64,000 nt of DNA from the NCBI GenBank assembly GCA_964016885.1, contig OZ024740.1:117614001-117678000 (forward strand). The letters run 5' to 3'. Positions 26,698 to 42,583 of this stretch are shown here, piece after piece; position 1 is the stretch's first letter, and every line of letters starts with the position of its first letter. A model generated the notes under the pieces. That model did no database searches. It saw nothing but the letters and a program-made list of their open reading frames with translations, and was not told where the DNA came from. A program made the translations under genes and the position numbers. This DNA comes from Eledone cirrhosa. Its lineage: Eukaryota.

Positions 26698-26890
26698 GGG
26701 CGGTGGATTGGCAGTATCGGTAGAGGGTCGGTCATCATGCTTTGCAGCATAGAGTTACGCCCCTTTATGGTCTGAGTTCAAATTCCACCGAGGTTAATTT
26801 TGCCTTTCATCCTTACGGGGTCGATAAAATAAAGTATCAGTAATGCACTGAGTAATTGCTGGCCTCGTGCCAAATGTAGAAACAATTATT
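26698..26890 (+). mobile_element. tRNA-derived SINE
   Basis: GGGCGGTGGATTGGCAGTATCGG...GAGTTCAAATTCC, then the core and an (ATTT)n tail. Confidence 0.9.
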
Positions 26891-27329
26891 TATTTATTTA
26901 TTATTCTTTTTCGAGGGGGGGGGGTTTGCGATATTGTATTGGCTGGTGATTGTGTAGGATATATGTTGTGTGCAGAGTTTGTTCTGTTGCGCTATCATAT
27001 AAAAAGTGGCTTACACAAGACATTTGGTAATCGTAGAGACGGCAGGAGCAGTTATGACGATGATGACGAAAACGACAATGCTGCTGCTGTTGCTGCTGCT
27101 GGTGATGATGATGATGATGATGAGGAAGACAACAATGTGGATGGTGCTGTTAGTCACAACGATTAGAGATATTTGCAGGTGGGGTAACTGTGTTTGGATG
27201 TGCGTCCAAATATTGTCAGTAGCAACAATTGTTACTCAGCAGGGGGGGGGGGGTTATTTATAGACGTCGGGAGAGAGAAGCAGCTGTCGCCATTCTGTGT
27301 TAAGGTGGTTGATGTCGTCGTAGAGAAGT

Positions 27330-27870
27330 TGAGGAGGAAGTGGAAGAAGGATAAAGGATGAAGGTGTAGATGGGGATAGACCATGACGACAATGATGATG
27401 ACAACATTGAAGATGAAGACGATGATGATGATGATGAGGATGATGATGAGGATGAGGATGAGGAAGAAAAGGGGAGAATGAGGAAGTGGAGAAAGAATAG
27501 GAGGAGGATGAGGAAAAGGGGAGAATGAGGAGGAGGAAGTGGGGGAGGATGAGGAGGAGGAAGTGGGGGAGGAATAGGAGGGGAGGAAGAAGAGGATGAA
27601 GAGGGGGAAGAAAGGAGGAAGAAGGGAGGAAGAGGGGGAAGAATAGGAGGAGGAAGAGAAAGAAGAAGAGGTGGAAGAAGACGATGAGGAAGAAGCGGAG
27701 GATGAAGAGGAGGAGGAAGTGAATGAGGTAGAGGAAAATTCTGACGACGACGACGGCGACGAAGACGACGATGAGGATGATGATGATGATGATAATGATA
27801 TTAATGATGATGATGATGAGGAGGAGGATCATCATGACAATGATGTAGGAGAAGAAAAATAGAGATGGAA
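27330..27870. repeat. purine-rich (GAT/GAG/GAA)n low-complexity tract
   Basis: Read directly from the sequence. Confidence 0.9.
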
Positions 27871-28486
27871 AAGAAAAAAAAGACAAAAATAAATAAAAAT
27901 AAAAATAAAATCTGAACAACGGATATGTTTAACGATGATCTTTATCTGCTAAAACAGACATCACTGCTGGTAAGAATGGTGATCCCACCTCCGCATCCAC
28001 CCCACACACCACATACATAACTCTCCAGTTTTCATACCAAATCCACCTCTTCATTCGTTAAGGGTGTCCCATGTGTCAGACACATGTCACTTTTACTGCC
28101 TGTTGATTTCCTTATTTCTGTTTGTCTTCTAAAAAAAGAGTTTTGTTCAGTTTTTGAAAACGTTTACCCGTCATTGTTACATACCCTCAATTGCACCCGA
28201 CATAACATCATACTGAGAATTATTTAGCATTTATTTATTTAATTATTTAACTATTTACTTCTCTACACTCACATGTATATATCTACAAACATGTTTTTGT
28301 TCTCCCTAGTAACTGTTGCATTTTACTTCCCATGAGAAATGCATATGCGGAGCAACTCAACAGTGCCAATTTATTTTTAGGAGCCAACGATTTAGACTCT
28401 ACGTAATCGCTTGATTTACTTGAAACAGCAGACAAATCCCATCAAACTACTCTATCGACTTAAATAAGGAAAATAGATTAGATAAT

Positions 28487-28672
28487 TGTTTCTACTATTG
28501 GCACAAGGCCAACAAATATCCAGTACATTACTGGTACTTTATTTTATCGACCCGTAAGGATGAAGGGCAAAGTTAACCCCGGCGGGATTTGAACTCAGAA
28601 TGGCAAGGGCCGTAACTCTATGCGTCAAAGCATGGCGTCCGACCCTCTACCGATACTGCCAATTCACCGCCC
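28487..28672 (-). mobile_element. tRNA-derived SINE with a 16-bp TSD
   Basis: TSD AAATAGATTAGATAAT at 28471-28486 and 28675-28690. Confidence 0.9.
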
Positions 28673-29816
28673 TTAAATAGATTAGATAATATAGGCTCAC
28701 ACACATGATGAAAACAGGATATCAAAGTATGGAATGACTTTGACCATTGATAAATTCAATAAAGTTTGACTCTGAGCTAAACAACAACAAAATATAACAA
28801 GGTGTCAATGAGGAAGCCTTTATATGGTCATTGTACTTGCTAGAAAAATCAACCAAATTTTTCCAATTTAACACTTTCAGAAGCATTGGCGAGAGACACT
28901 AAAACATGTAGTTCTAAATGTGCAATATCCAAGAGAAAGATGAAGTAGTGAAGGATTAAACCTTTTGATTATTCAACCTTCATATGATTTTAAACAATAA
29001 TAATTCACAGCAGGTTTTTTTCTCTCGCCCCGTTCACAATAGTACTATTCCTCCACCTTCGAATATCACTGATTATATAAAGTAATTTGAGACGGTCGTG
29101 GATATTTTAGCGTGACAATTTCTCAAAGCATACAACAGAAATATCCCCAGTCTTCAGTAAAGTCAAGGAAATCCAAGTGTTGCAGTGACTAACACAATTC
29201 CTGTATTTAAATCTAATCAAACGGGGCCAACATGAATATTCAATAATATTTGTTTTTCTTTTTTCTGTTTAGTTGGAGAAGCAAGGTCAGTGTCGATGAC
29301 TCTTTTCGTGGTCTCTGAGTGTAGTGGGAAGGAGGGAATGACGGAAAGAAGAAGGCATCCTCAAATCAAAAACCTGATCCGAATGCTTGCAACAAAGTGA
29401 ACTCCGCTAAAGGCACCCAAGGTATAAGTTGGAGGTTTATATAGTTAAAAAAAGTAAAGGGAAGAGAATTTCCAGATGTAATACATAGATGTGATTCCGT
29501 TTAGAGAAATTTCTTGGTATCCGACTAAATATTTGCATTATTTATTATACTCGATATTCAAAGATTAAAATTAGCTTTATAAATTCGTTACTATGGCTTA
29601 CATATTCATTACTATGACTTTGTCACTCAAGACTGTCAACAGTTGATTAAATAGTTGTACTAAGCTAATTAAAATGTATATTTTAAAACTTGCATCACTA
29701 AAACAGTGAATACATTCTCTTTCTATCATGATTAAATGAACAGAAATAAACTTTAAACATCAGCATACATATGTCACGAAGACAAATGACGCCACTGTAT
29801 ATATATATAGTAATAA

Positions 29817-29940
29817 TTGTTTCTACTTTAGGCACAAGGCCAGCAGTTACCCAGTTCATTACTGGTACTTTATTTTATCGACCCCGTAAGGATGAAAGGC
29901 AAAGTCAAGCTCGGCGGGATTTGAACTCAGATCGTAAAGG
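29817..29940 (-). mobile_element. 5'-truncated SINE with a ~29-bp TSD
   Basis: ACGCCACTG(TA)nGTAATAA lies on both sides (from 29789 and from 29941). The A box is missing. Confidence 0.85.
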
Positions 29941-30383
29941 ACGCCACTGTATATATATATATAGTAATAATAATAATAAATGTGTGTGTGTATATATATA
30001 CACATATATTAGTGTTATTATGTCGACGTATTGGATGAAAGAGAAAAATGTCCAATGTATCGGACGTTAGTCCTTCAACAGGAAAGTAACTTATATTAGA
30101 AAATAGAAAAAATAGAAAAAGGAGGCAGTGAGGCTGTTTGTATTGTTTTTAATTGTTTGTGTGTATCAGCTTATATATATATAGTATCAGTGACTACTTG
30201 GGATTATATTGGCGCCTATATCGTTAGAGAAATCATGGTACATGCAACCATGTCACGCACTATGTCGCGTGGCAGCTCTATATAACCTATTTTAGACTAT
30301 TTTCAGTAATAAAAATACATGGCGGATTCTACTAATTCAATTCAGTTTATGGATTCTGCAGCCGTCTTTTAAACACGTGATAC

Positions 30384-30424
<41 letters not shown>

Positions 30425-30944
30425 TTGTGTTTACATTTGTATCCATGTCTGTGATTATGACCCGTAAGGTAGCAGTTTAACAAAAATGCTCGACAAAATA
30501 GGTATCAGATTTGAAAAACAACAACAAAAATGAATGTCATGTTGTTTCTGTGAAGCTGTCTCCTCTTTTAATTCGAACTCTCCTACTCACTGTATATATA
30601 CATAAATCTATTTAACATATATATATATATATTGCATATATGTAGTTTTTAGTCATTAAACTGCAGTCGTGCTGTACCGCTTTATGAATTGATGAATGCT
30701 TTTATGACCACATAGATGCATAGATACAGTCAAATATTAACTGAATTAGCATTCAATGTATATATGTAGAGTATAGAATTTATATCTACAAAAGGCTGGG
30801 AGTGCCTTTGAAGTTTCGACAGTGGTCGGCTTCGTCAGGATGCCTGTTAATCTTCTATATCTTATTTATTTCCACCCATTCTCCTGTCTCTCTGGTAATC
30901 TGTCTATTTATCTGTCTCTCTCTTTCTTCCCCCATCTCTCTCTC

Positions 30945-31020
<76 letters not shown>

Positions 31021-31216
31021 TAGAGAGAGAGAGATAGAGAGAGAGAGATAGAGAGCGCGAGAGAGGTACATATATATTTATATATATATACACACACACA
31101 CATATATGTCTATATGCAAATACATGAATCTACATATACATACACATGCATACATATCGAGCAACGTGTAAAATGTTATATAGGACACACACACACGCAC
31201 ACACCCACGCCCCCCC

Positions 31217-31292
<76 letters not shown>

Positions 31293-31581
31293 AGTATATA
31301 TATATATATGTATAGAGAGAGAGAGAGATAAATAGATAGATAGATATAGAGATAGATAGATAAGTAGTGAAGAATAGACATAGAGAGAGAGATAGGGGGC
31401 TGCTTATACCAGACATTGTCATAAATGATGTATTGTCCAAATCTTGTACATAAGGCAATATAATAGTTGTTTTTGTAACATGGTTTCTTTACTGTCCCTT
31501 GATAAATAAACACAGTAAACTACAACAACATCAACAACAGCTTCTGCTGCTACTGCTGCTGCTACTGCTGCTGCTCCTGCA

Positions 31582-31642
<61 letters not shown>

Positions 31643-31650
31643 ATGATGAT

Positions 31651-32016
31651 AATAATTGTTTCCACTTTTGGCACAAGGCCAGCAATTACCCCAGTCCATT
31701 ACTGGTGCTTTATTTTATCGACTCCGTAAGGATGAATGGCAAAGTTAACCTCGGCCGGATTTGAACTCAGAACGTAAAGGTCCGTAACTCTATGCCATGA
31801 ATCTTGTCCGACGCTCTTAATAATAATTGCTTCTACTTTAGGCACAAGGCCAGCAATTGTTTGGGAATGGGAAAGTCGATTAAATCGACGCCAGTAAATT
31901 ACTGGTACTTTATTTTATCGACCCCGTAAGGATGAAATGCAAAGCTAACATCGGCGGGATTTGAAGTCAGAACGTAAAGGGTCGTAACTCTATGCCAAGA
32001 ATCATGTCCAATGCTC

Positions 32017-32017
<1 letters not shown>
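31651..32017 (-). mobile_element. two tandem SINE copies (31651-31817 and 31818-32017)
   Basis: The core and B box occur twice, both copies have the same shortened 5' end, and they are separated and flanked by (TAA)n. Confidence 0.85.
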
Positions 32018-32053
<36 letters not shown>

Positions 32054-32414
32054 ATAGGTAGAAATGTTCAAGTGATCGATTAAGCAATAATCAATTCCTT
32101 TTGCTATGACAAAGAGCATATATATATACAGAATAAGCAAAAGATACAGCCTCGCATTGATATGAAATTCGTTCATACAATTCTGATATATGTAACTGAG
32201 AGTATGTGACTCATGCAACACAACTCCCGCACTCACGCCCACATATACACATACTCACATACTCACACTTACATATATCCGGGCGGGGCGGGTGGGGATG
32301 TGTGTATGTGTGTGTGTTTGTGTGCGCGTGTATTTATATACATATGTATATAAGTAAGTATATATATATTTACGTATATATATATAATTATATATATGTA
32401 TATATATATATATA

Positions 32415-32799
32415 TCTTCTGTATATATAAAAGTGAGGATGTGTGTGTGTCTGTGTACAAATTTGGATACCTAAGGCTTTTACAATTACCAACCGAATTT
32501 GACCAAATTTTCTGTGCACGTTGCAGAGGTCCCTCAGATGGTCACATCACAAACATTTTTCAAATAGACCCACGTTGAGCAATAAAAAATCGATATCAAA
32601 ATTATCAGTAGCAAAATTGATGTAAGGGAGATAACCAACTTTATTGACAATCCTTATAAAAAAAGGGAGATAACCAACTTTATTGACGGAAATATAAACA
32701 TCAGATTCATTTAACGATAAATCACTAATATTATCGTTTGTTTCTTGTTTATTCTTTGTTTCATTTCAAACCCCGGGCAACGCCGGGTAAATCTGGTAG
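32415..32799 (+). mobile_element. non-autonomous Helitron
   Basis: Starts TC...TATATATAAAAGTGAGGATGT, like the 5' end of 13299-13894. It ends with the hairpin CCCGGGCAACGCCGGG plus GTAG. Confidence 0.7.
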
Positions 32800-32969
32800 T
32801 ATATATATATATATACACACATATATATATATATATATACATATGTATGTATATATATATATGCGGGTACTGTCGTATATATATATACGTATATGTCGTA
32901 TATATATATATGTATATGTATATATAAATGTCTCTATATGTGTACGTATATATATATATATATATACAA

Positions 32970-33060
<91 letters not shown>

Positions 33061-33160
33061 GTGTGTGTGTGTGTGTATAAATATATATATATTTATGTAT
33101 GAATATATATACATTTGTATATATATATATATATACATATAAATCACACACACACACAAC

Positions 33161-33216
<56 letters not shown>

Positions 33217-33355
33217 TACATAGATACACAGACGCACACACACACACAGGGGCACTTGTTATCTTTCACCACCTAAGTATGATGAGCAGCCATATGTTGC
33301 CCGCCATCGAAATCACACAACAAGCAGGAACTAAATACCCATCATAGCATTAATG

Positions 33356-33413
<58 letters not shown>

Positions 33414-33714
33414 AATAAAAACTTATATAAAATACAAAAGAAAACAATCAACCACTAAACACATGTGCTGCAGTCGTGGAGGAAGCTAAAGGGATTCAGA
33501 AATGTCGCCAAATGTCCCATTTAACAACGTAAAAATTAATATTTCCTTTTCTTCCTCTTGCCATTTTTGGTTACATTAAAAATAGTTTGACAAACGAAGA
33601 AAGAAATAGATATTATCTCGAGAAGTAGTTTTCCTAAGAGACAGTGCTTAGACAAATGCAGCTTTGTAAACCCTGCGTTTGTTGTGAATTTATGTATTGC
33701 TGTGTCTTGTGACA

Positions 33715-33766
<52 letters not shown>

Positions 33767-33883
33767 CGTGTGTATATATACATACAGATGTCATATCATC
33801 ATCATCATCATCATTTTACGTCCGCTTTTCTCTGATTGCAAAGTTGTTCGCATTTGTGTTTATATATGTATATATATATATAG

Positions 33884-34013
<130 letters not shown>

Positions 34014-34193
34014 GTGTGTTTATATATGTATATATATATATATGTTTATATATGTATAAACACACATATATATATATATATATGTTTATATATGCATGTA
34101 TATATATATATATATATATAAATATATTTATAAACATATATATATACATATATATGCATATATAAACATATATATATATACATAAATATATAC

Positions 34194-34242
<49 letters not shown>

Positions 34243-34317
34243 TGTACATATATATACACACACATATATATATACATATATACATATATACATATATACA
34301 TATATATATATATATGT

Positions 34318-34348
<31 letters not shown>

Positions 34349-34370
34349 TATATGTATATATATATATATA

Positions 34371-34409
<39 letters not shown>

Positions 34410-34452
34410 ATATATATGTATGTGTGTGTATATATATATAGAGGCATATACA

Positions 34453-34486
<34 letters not shown>

Positions 34487-34488
<2 letters not shown>

Positions 34489-34654
34489 CGAAGGAAGTGT
34501 GGTAGGGAAACAGAAAGACCATAACTCACCAGAGTACTCAATACTTAGGGTAATAGAGAGCGTAATAGGAAAATGTTTAACCCCGACAGCAGAGCTCAAG
34601 CCATTTCGACAGCTATGTCGAAACGGTTTGAGCTCTGCCGTCGGGGTTAAACAT

Positions 34655-34658
<4 letters not shown>
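34487..34658. mobile_element. family-A insert with fold-back 34569-34658
   Basis: Homologous to 6844-6983 and 7336-7532, with (TA)n on both sides. Confidence 0.8.
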
Positions 34659-34690
<32 letters not shown>

Positions 34691-34773
34691 CTTTGATAAC
34701 TTTGATAGGTTTCGGCCAGTATTGGCCCAGGCCATGTCTAACTTAATAACACCACCTGGCGAAGTCTTAAAAA

Positions 34774-36645
34774 TCAATGTTTGGGCACCATGGCCCACTC
34801 AAGCAGAGAGTTATTGTTTACAGAGGCATATCCGGGTGTAGGAGGCTTATCCGGGATTTCTTGAAGGAATTTATCCAAAGATTTCTTGAGCTTGATGGGG
34901 TCTGTCTCTACTTTGATGCATCTTGGTGTAATGTTAAAGAGTGCAGGGCCAATTGAGGTGAAATAATTGTGCCGTATTGTTGTTATGTGATATGAGTGAG
35001 ATTTTTTTCGTGGGTGGATAGCACGGGGCCCAAGCCTTGTGTGTACACTAAAGGTGATGCCAACATCATTTGGGCAAAGCTGATGGAATATTTTCCACAT
35101 CATACAGATAATGTAGCGCTCACGGCGACGTTGGAGAGAGTAAAGTTTGAGCTTTTCTAATCGACTCCAATAGTCAAGGCCTGTCATGCCATCTATCTTT
35201 TTTGTAATTGACCTTTGGGGTGCTTCAACTTTCATGATACTTTGTTTCGTATGAGGTGACCACAGTGGACAACAGTATTCAAGGTGGGGTCGGGCAAAAG
35301 TGGTGAAGAAAAGGATAACAGTGTGGATATCTCTCGACTGGAAAGTTCTAAGAATCCAGGAACTCATTCTGCGGGCCATATCAACTTTGCTGTTTATATG
35401 AGTGGCCCAGCTTATGTTGTTGTCCACAGTTACTCCCAGGTCTCTGATATTATTGGATGCCACTAGAGTTTCACCCGAAGGAAGAGAGTATGGTAATTTC
35501 AGGGCATCCTTTTTTCCAAAGTGGATTAATTCAAATTTATCCTCATTCAACAGCATATTATTCATTTCTGCCCATTGGATAACAGCCAGTAGGTCTGACT
35601 GAAGGCAAGTCCGGTTACCCCCCTCATTGATGACCCATTGGAGTTTGGAATCATCTGCGAAGATTCTGATGTTGCTGTGCTTGATGATGTCAGTAATGTC
35701 ATTAATGTAGATGATGAAAAAAAGTGGGCCCAACATAGTGCCTTGTGGGACGCCACTGCTTTCTTTGGCAGGGCTTGATTTTACTCCTTCAACTACAACA
35801 TGCTGGGTTCTGCCTGTGAGGAAACATTTGATCCACTGTAGTAACCTTCCAGAGACACCAACATTGAATAGTTTTTTCAGTAGAATCGTATGATCAACCC
35901 TGTCGAAGGCCTTGCTGAAGTCAAGGTAGATGACATCAGTGTTGGAGCCCTCTCCCAAGGCTCTCAAAACATCGTCAAAGTGATGCAGGAGCTGCGTTAG
36001 GCAGTCCCTTCTATTACGGAACCCATGTTGGTTGGAGTTCAGCAGGCCGTTGCTTTCAATAAAGTGGGTTATTCGTGATCTCACCACCCTCTCAAATACC
36101 TTGATAATATGAGAGGTGAGTGAGATCGGACGGTAGTTCACTGCAAGGGACTTATTTCCATTTTTGAAGACTGGGACAACGGACTGGGACGGAAAGTTTT
36201 CAGGAATATAGCCAGTGTCTAGTGAGTTCCTCCACAGATTAGCAAGAGGAGATGCAAGTTGGTGTTGACACACCTTCAGGACACAAGCAGGGAACATGTC
36301 GGGGCCTACTGCTGAATTGTGTTTAATTTCGTTTATTGACGCTAAGACATCAGGGGCGCCAAACGTTATGTCTGATATAGTGTGCTGGGGATTAACATTA
36401 CTGATACGGCCCAGATTGGCCATATCAGGATTGCTGAAAACAGAGCAGTATTGTTTCTGCAGTATCTCACCCATAGTTTTGGCATTGTCCTGGAGTGTAC
36501 CATTTTCATCAACTAGGGGGCCAACATTGGAGACGGTGACCTTGTGTTTTTTAGCAAATGAAAAGAACACATTGGGGTTGAGTTTGATTTTCTCAATGGT
36601 CCACCTCTCTTCAGCTATTCTCTGGTTATTGATGATGGTCATCAT
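34774..36645 (-). CDS. LINE ORF2 reverse transcriptase domain (open for 623 codons)
   Basis: YRPISLTS, QHGFR, LDFSKAFD, GVPQGTMLGP, FADD, DLGV and RPHLEYC motifs. Confidence 0.95.
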   Translation of the reverse strand: MMTIINNQRIAEERWTIEKIKLNPNVFFSFAKKHKVTVSNVGPLVDENGTLQDNAKTMGEILQKQYCSVFSNPDMANLGRISNVNPQHTISDITFGAPDVLASINEIKHNSAVGPDMFPACVLKVCQHQLASPLANLWRNSLDTGYIPENFPSQSVVPVFKNGNKSLAVNYRPISLTSHIIKVFERVVRSRITHFIESNGLLNSNQHGFRNRRDCLTQLLHHFDDVLRALGEGSNTDVIYLDFSKAFDRVDHTILLKKLFNVGVSGRLLQWIKCFLTGRTQHVVVEGVKSSPAKESSGVPQGTMLGPLFFIIYINDITDIIKHSNIRIFADDSKLQWVINEGGNRTCLQSDLLAVIQWAEMNNMLLNEDKFELIHFGKKDALKLPYSLPSGETLVASNNIRDLGVTVDNNISWATHINSKVDMARRMSSWILRTFQSRDIHTVILFFTTFARPHLEYCCPLWSPHTKQSIMKVEAPQRSITKKIDGMTGLDYWSRLEKLKLYSLQRRRERYIICMMWKIFHQLCPNDVGITFSVHTRLGPRAIHPRKKSHSYHITTIRHNYFTSIGPALFNITPRCIKVETDPIKLKKSLDKFLQEIPDKPPTPGYASVNNNSLLEWAMVPKH

Positions 36646-36672
36646 GCATTGCAGGAGGTTATATTTTTTTGA

Positions 36673-38022
36673 CTAAAGCAGGGTGATAGCCATTGAATGT
36701 GTGTGTTGCTGTTGGCAGTATTTTAGTGTGTTAATTTTTTTGTTTGTTCTTTTTATTTTTCTGATAATTGTTTTTCTGTTTTGGAGAATGCTGCACTTGG
36801 TTTTGTTCACAGGTTTTGGTGGGGTGTGTTTTGTACATATATTTGTGATTGTGTCTACAAATATCTGCCAAGATGTTTTGATGTTGGTGGAAGTGTGTGC
36901 GTGTGTAAAAAACCAGTCGACATGTGATAGTTCGTTCATAATTGCATCCCAGTTGGCATTATAGAGATCCATGTTATCAAATGGGAGGGCTGGAGAGAAG
37001 ACCCTGGGATTAGCTTTGGGTTGGTGGAATCTCAGGTTACAAAGAACCATGTCATGGTCTGAGAGAAGGGTTTTTTCCACTGTAATATTATGTATAGTGT
37101 TAGTGTGGTTACTAAACACTAGATCCAGAATGTTCTTCTGATGCCTCGTTGGTGCAAGGACAAGTTGGGACAAGAAAAACTCATTCATGAAGTCAAGAAG
37201 TGACTCGACAGCCTCTTTGTCAGTGGTTGAGGCTGGGGAGCCTGGTTTCAAACTGCATGTAGACCAATCAACACAGGGTAGATTAAAGTCTCCCATTAAA
37301 AGTATGTTGCTAGAATGGCACTGTTTAATAAAGCATTGAATACTGTTGAGGCACTCTTTGAAGCAGATTATGTGTGTTTGTGGTGGGCTATAGAGCCCAA
37401 CTAATGTCAGGTCATTTACTTTATTGTGCACAGTGACTGTTTCACAGTATCCATTAGAGAATGTTGTGTTGCCATCTGCCGTAAAGGAATCATGCAGGAA
37501 AATGGCCGTTCCACCCTTCCTTCTGCCAACACGATCCGCACGGATGGTTGTGAAATTTCTCACTCTTACTTCGGCCTCCAAGTGGGAGTTGTCAGTAAGA
37601 ATGAAGAAGGGGACGTGAAATGGATGGTTACCAACACAATCCTCAATGAATTGGATCTTCCATTTCTGTGCATTGATGGATGGGCTGATATCTTGTGTAT
37701 TGAGTAAGAATGTGGAGGCTAGTGTGGTGGCTGGTTTTGACTGTTGCAGGGGGCTTGTTTTGTGATTGTGTGCTAGTGACAGCAAGGATAGTGTTGAGTG
37801 ATGGCTAAAATGTTTTTCTCTATCTCTTTTGCCAGGTTCATGGCTAAAAAAGAAAGATTTTTTATTGTTCAGGGAGCAGTTTTTGAATGGATTTGTGGTT
37901 ACAACATTGGATAGGATTGCAGTTCCCTCTTTTGTTGTTGTTGTTGTTGTACTTGTTGTAATTGTGACTTTGTGAAAAGACTGGAGCAGTGTTATTTTTG
38001 TTGTTTTTGTTGTTGTAATCAC
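36673..38022 (-). pseudogene. LINE ORF2 apurinic endonuclease (APE) domain, separated from the RT by a stop or frameshift; the N-terminal part is probably ORF1 tail
   Basis: RADR..RKGGTA, LMGDFNLP, PTR...LDLVFS and LSDH motifs. Confidence 0.9.
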
Positions 38023-38462
38023 GTCTTTGTGAGGAGACTGGAGCAGGATTACCGCAGCAGGGGGTGGCTTTATTGTGGTTTGTGGGTTGGCATGGAACCC
38101 CTTTTCTGTTCGTGCGTTGTGTCCCAGGAAGATGAGTTAGTCAGCAAACATAGCCTCTCACGTTGGGAATGTTGGCAGAATTTGGGACTGCGACCTATAC
38201 CTGCGGACAGAGTGCTTTGGTGTTGGCTGGCAGTGTTAGTGCGCCTAGTACCCGGTAAATGGGTAAATATACAGTCGCTACGTGGGCATAGCCTATGACG
38301 TAGTGAGTAGCGGCATATTTTGGGGTTTCTTGTATGTGTAGTGGATTTTTTGTTTTTAAAGTTCTTTTGACTATGGCATGGCTGTGATGGTGATATATAT
38401 ATATATATAAGGAGGAAAGAGAGATAAAATGAACAAGAGTTAGAAACAACCCTAGTACCAAA

Positions 38463-38605
38463 CTGGTAGTTTATTCATCGACCTTGAAATGATGAAAGGC
38501 AAATTAAATTTCGGGTGGAACTGATTGAACGCAGAATGCTCTGAGTGTCAGAACAAATAGCAGATCAATCAATCCGACGTTCTAATGATTCCGCCAACTC
38601 ACCAC
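38463..38605 (-). mobile_element. old diverged SINE
   Basis: CTGGTAGTTTATTCATCGACC...GATGAAAGGCAAA core. Confidence 0.6.
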
Positions 38606-38609
38606 CTAT

Positions 38610-38701
<92 letters not shown>

Positions 38702-38717
38702 ACAGCCACACACACAA

Positions 38718-40908
<2,191 letters not shown>

Positions 40909-41878
40909 CGACCAAATCTTACATGGCCCTATCTAAATGTGACTTCACCTGGGGATAAAATGAGGAATCTGTGTAAAGGGTATTACCATATACCATCCTG
41001 CGTGTAATGTCGTAAATAACGATTTCTTTTTTTTCATAGTAAGTATGATATTTGTATCTAATTATCAATTCGAGATTTTGTTCTTGGTAAGATTTGAACA
41101 CAAAATATAATGTACACAGAAAATATATAATAGAGAATGCAAAATAGAATTGTGGTTTGTGTCGGTTCTCTTGTCCTAGTGACACAGAAAAGTACCATAC
41201 ACATATAACAGGGTTCGCTTTATTTCCAAATCTATTTTCAAATCTACTTCTACGTCATAATTCATATTATATTTTTCCACATGTTTTTGGTCGTTTAGTT
41301 TCACTTATTCAACCCCAAGGGGGTTGTTGTAATTCAACGCTTAGTTGACTCAAGATGGAATCCAAAATCTTGGTTCTTTTACATTTGGATGGGTAAATTG
41401 ACTTTCATTTTTTATTTTTATTTTTCCTTTGGCAAGTGTATAAGTGAAAATCTGCATTCCACAATCACACCATATGACACCCGCTGAAACACTTAGAAGT
41501 TCAACTTTTCACTTGAGGCCACTTTAACTGACGCCAATAATTTACAATGTTTCACGACTGTCAGAGAATATTATTGACTAATTATTTAAAATCCTCTTTA
41601 CTATTGTCGCCCGTTTTATTACACTTTTCTCTAATTAATAAATTTTATACTGTCACATTTTGATTTTATTGATCATTATTAATTCATATTATTCATTTTA
41701 TTATTGCTTTAAATACAATTTTAACTCGATTTTTACATCTATTGGTGCGACGTAAATAGGCACGAGCACATGAAGTACCAGTTAAACTTGAGAAAGAAAT
41801 AATATTTATATACATATTGTACCCACTCATGAATACAGACAAAGAAAATATAAAATATGGAAATAAAATATATAATAT

Positions 41879-42081
41879 AATGAATTCTAGTATAGGAACA
41901 AGGCCAGTAATTTGGGATGAGGGGGAAAGTCGATTAAATCGGTAGTTTATTTTATGGACCCCGTAAGGATGAAAGGCAAAGTTAACCTTGGCGGGATTTG
42001 AACTCAGATCGTAAAGGGCCGTAACTCTATCCTGCAAAGCATGGCGTTCGACCCTGTACCGATACTGCCAATCCACCGCCC
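41879..42081 (-). mobile_element. tRNA-derived SINE
   Basis: A box, B box and core present. Confidence 0.9.
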
Positions 42082-42249
42082 TCAAAAAATGATATATAAT
42101 GCATATAGTCATTATATGCCCACATGCACACATAACATCCACATATGCCTACATGCATAGACACACACGTTGTATATATATATATTTTAATTATATGTTT
42201 ATTAAAGACAGTATACTTTACATTTCAAATTGGCATCATAAATGGCAAA

Positions 42250-42385
42250 AAATAAGAAAAAATTATTTGACAGCATAACAGGAAGAAAACTAAAATATTT
42301 CGGACATACATTGGTGAAAAAGAAAGCAGCATTGGAAAAATAAAATATGAAGTGATCGAAGAACGGGGACCGGGAAAACTAGAGA
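42250..42385 (+). pseudogene. RTE ORF2 C-terminal remnant
   Basis: Reads LFDSITGRKLKYFGH. Confidence 0.45.
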
Positions 42386-42389
42386 TCAT

Positions 42390-42583
42390 CAGACCTGTCA
42401 ACTCTCCCCGTCCAACGGGGAGATCTCCCACCCACTTTGGGGTGAGTGAGAGATGGCTTCTCTTGTGAAAATGGGTATAGCTTTCATTATGTAAAATCTC
42501 CCCATTTTGCCTCATTTCTCCCCAATTTGGGGCACTTTTTTCATGGTACTCCTCGTTTGAGTTTTTAGTGGTTGGTAGATTTG
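42390..42583. mobile_element. second copy of the CAGACCTG-TIR MITE, inverted relative to 9274
   Basis: CAGACCTGTCAAC ... GTTGGTAGATTTG, with internal homology to 9274-9468. Confidence 0.75.

Larger units (their letters stand above)
34690..38392 (-). mobile_element. CR1-group LINE, 5'-truncated in ORF1, inserted in (TA)n
   Basis: Contains APE and RT ORFs and an ORF1 CCCH remnant, and ends in a stem-loop plus (TATCAAAGT)2. (TA)n lies on both flanks. Confidence 0.9.

Noticed and set aside
26698-26790. tRNA genes
   Set aside because: The A and B boxes belong to SINE heads with a core and tail, and there is no cloverleaf.
27254-27919. 221-aa hydrophobic and 63-aa acidic ORFs
   Set aside because: They are translations of a purine-rich trinucleotide low-complexity tract, with no domain or splice evidence.
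34695-34780. Hammerhead in the LINE 3' UTR (GGCCGAAAC)
   Set aside because: There is no CUGANGA core. It is better explained as the LINE 3' stem-loop.
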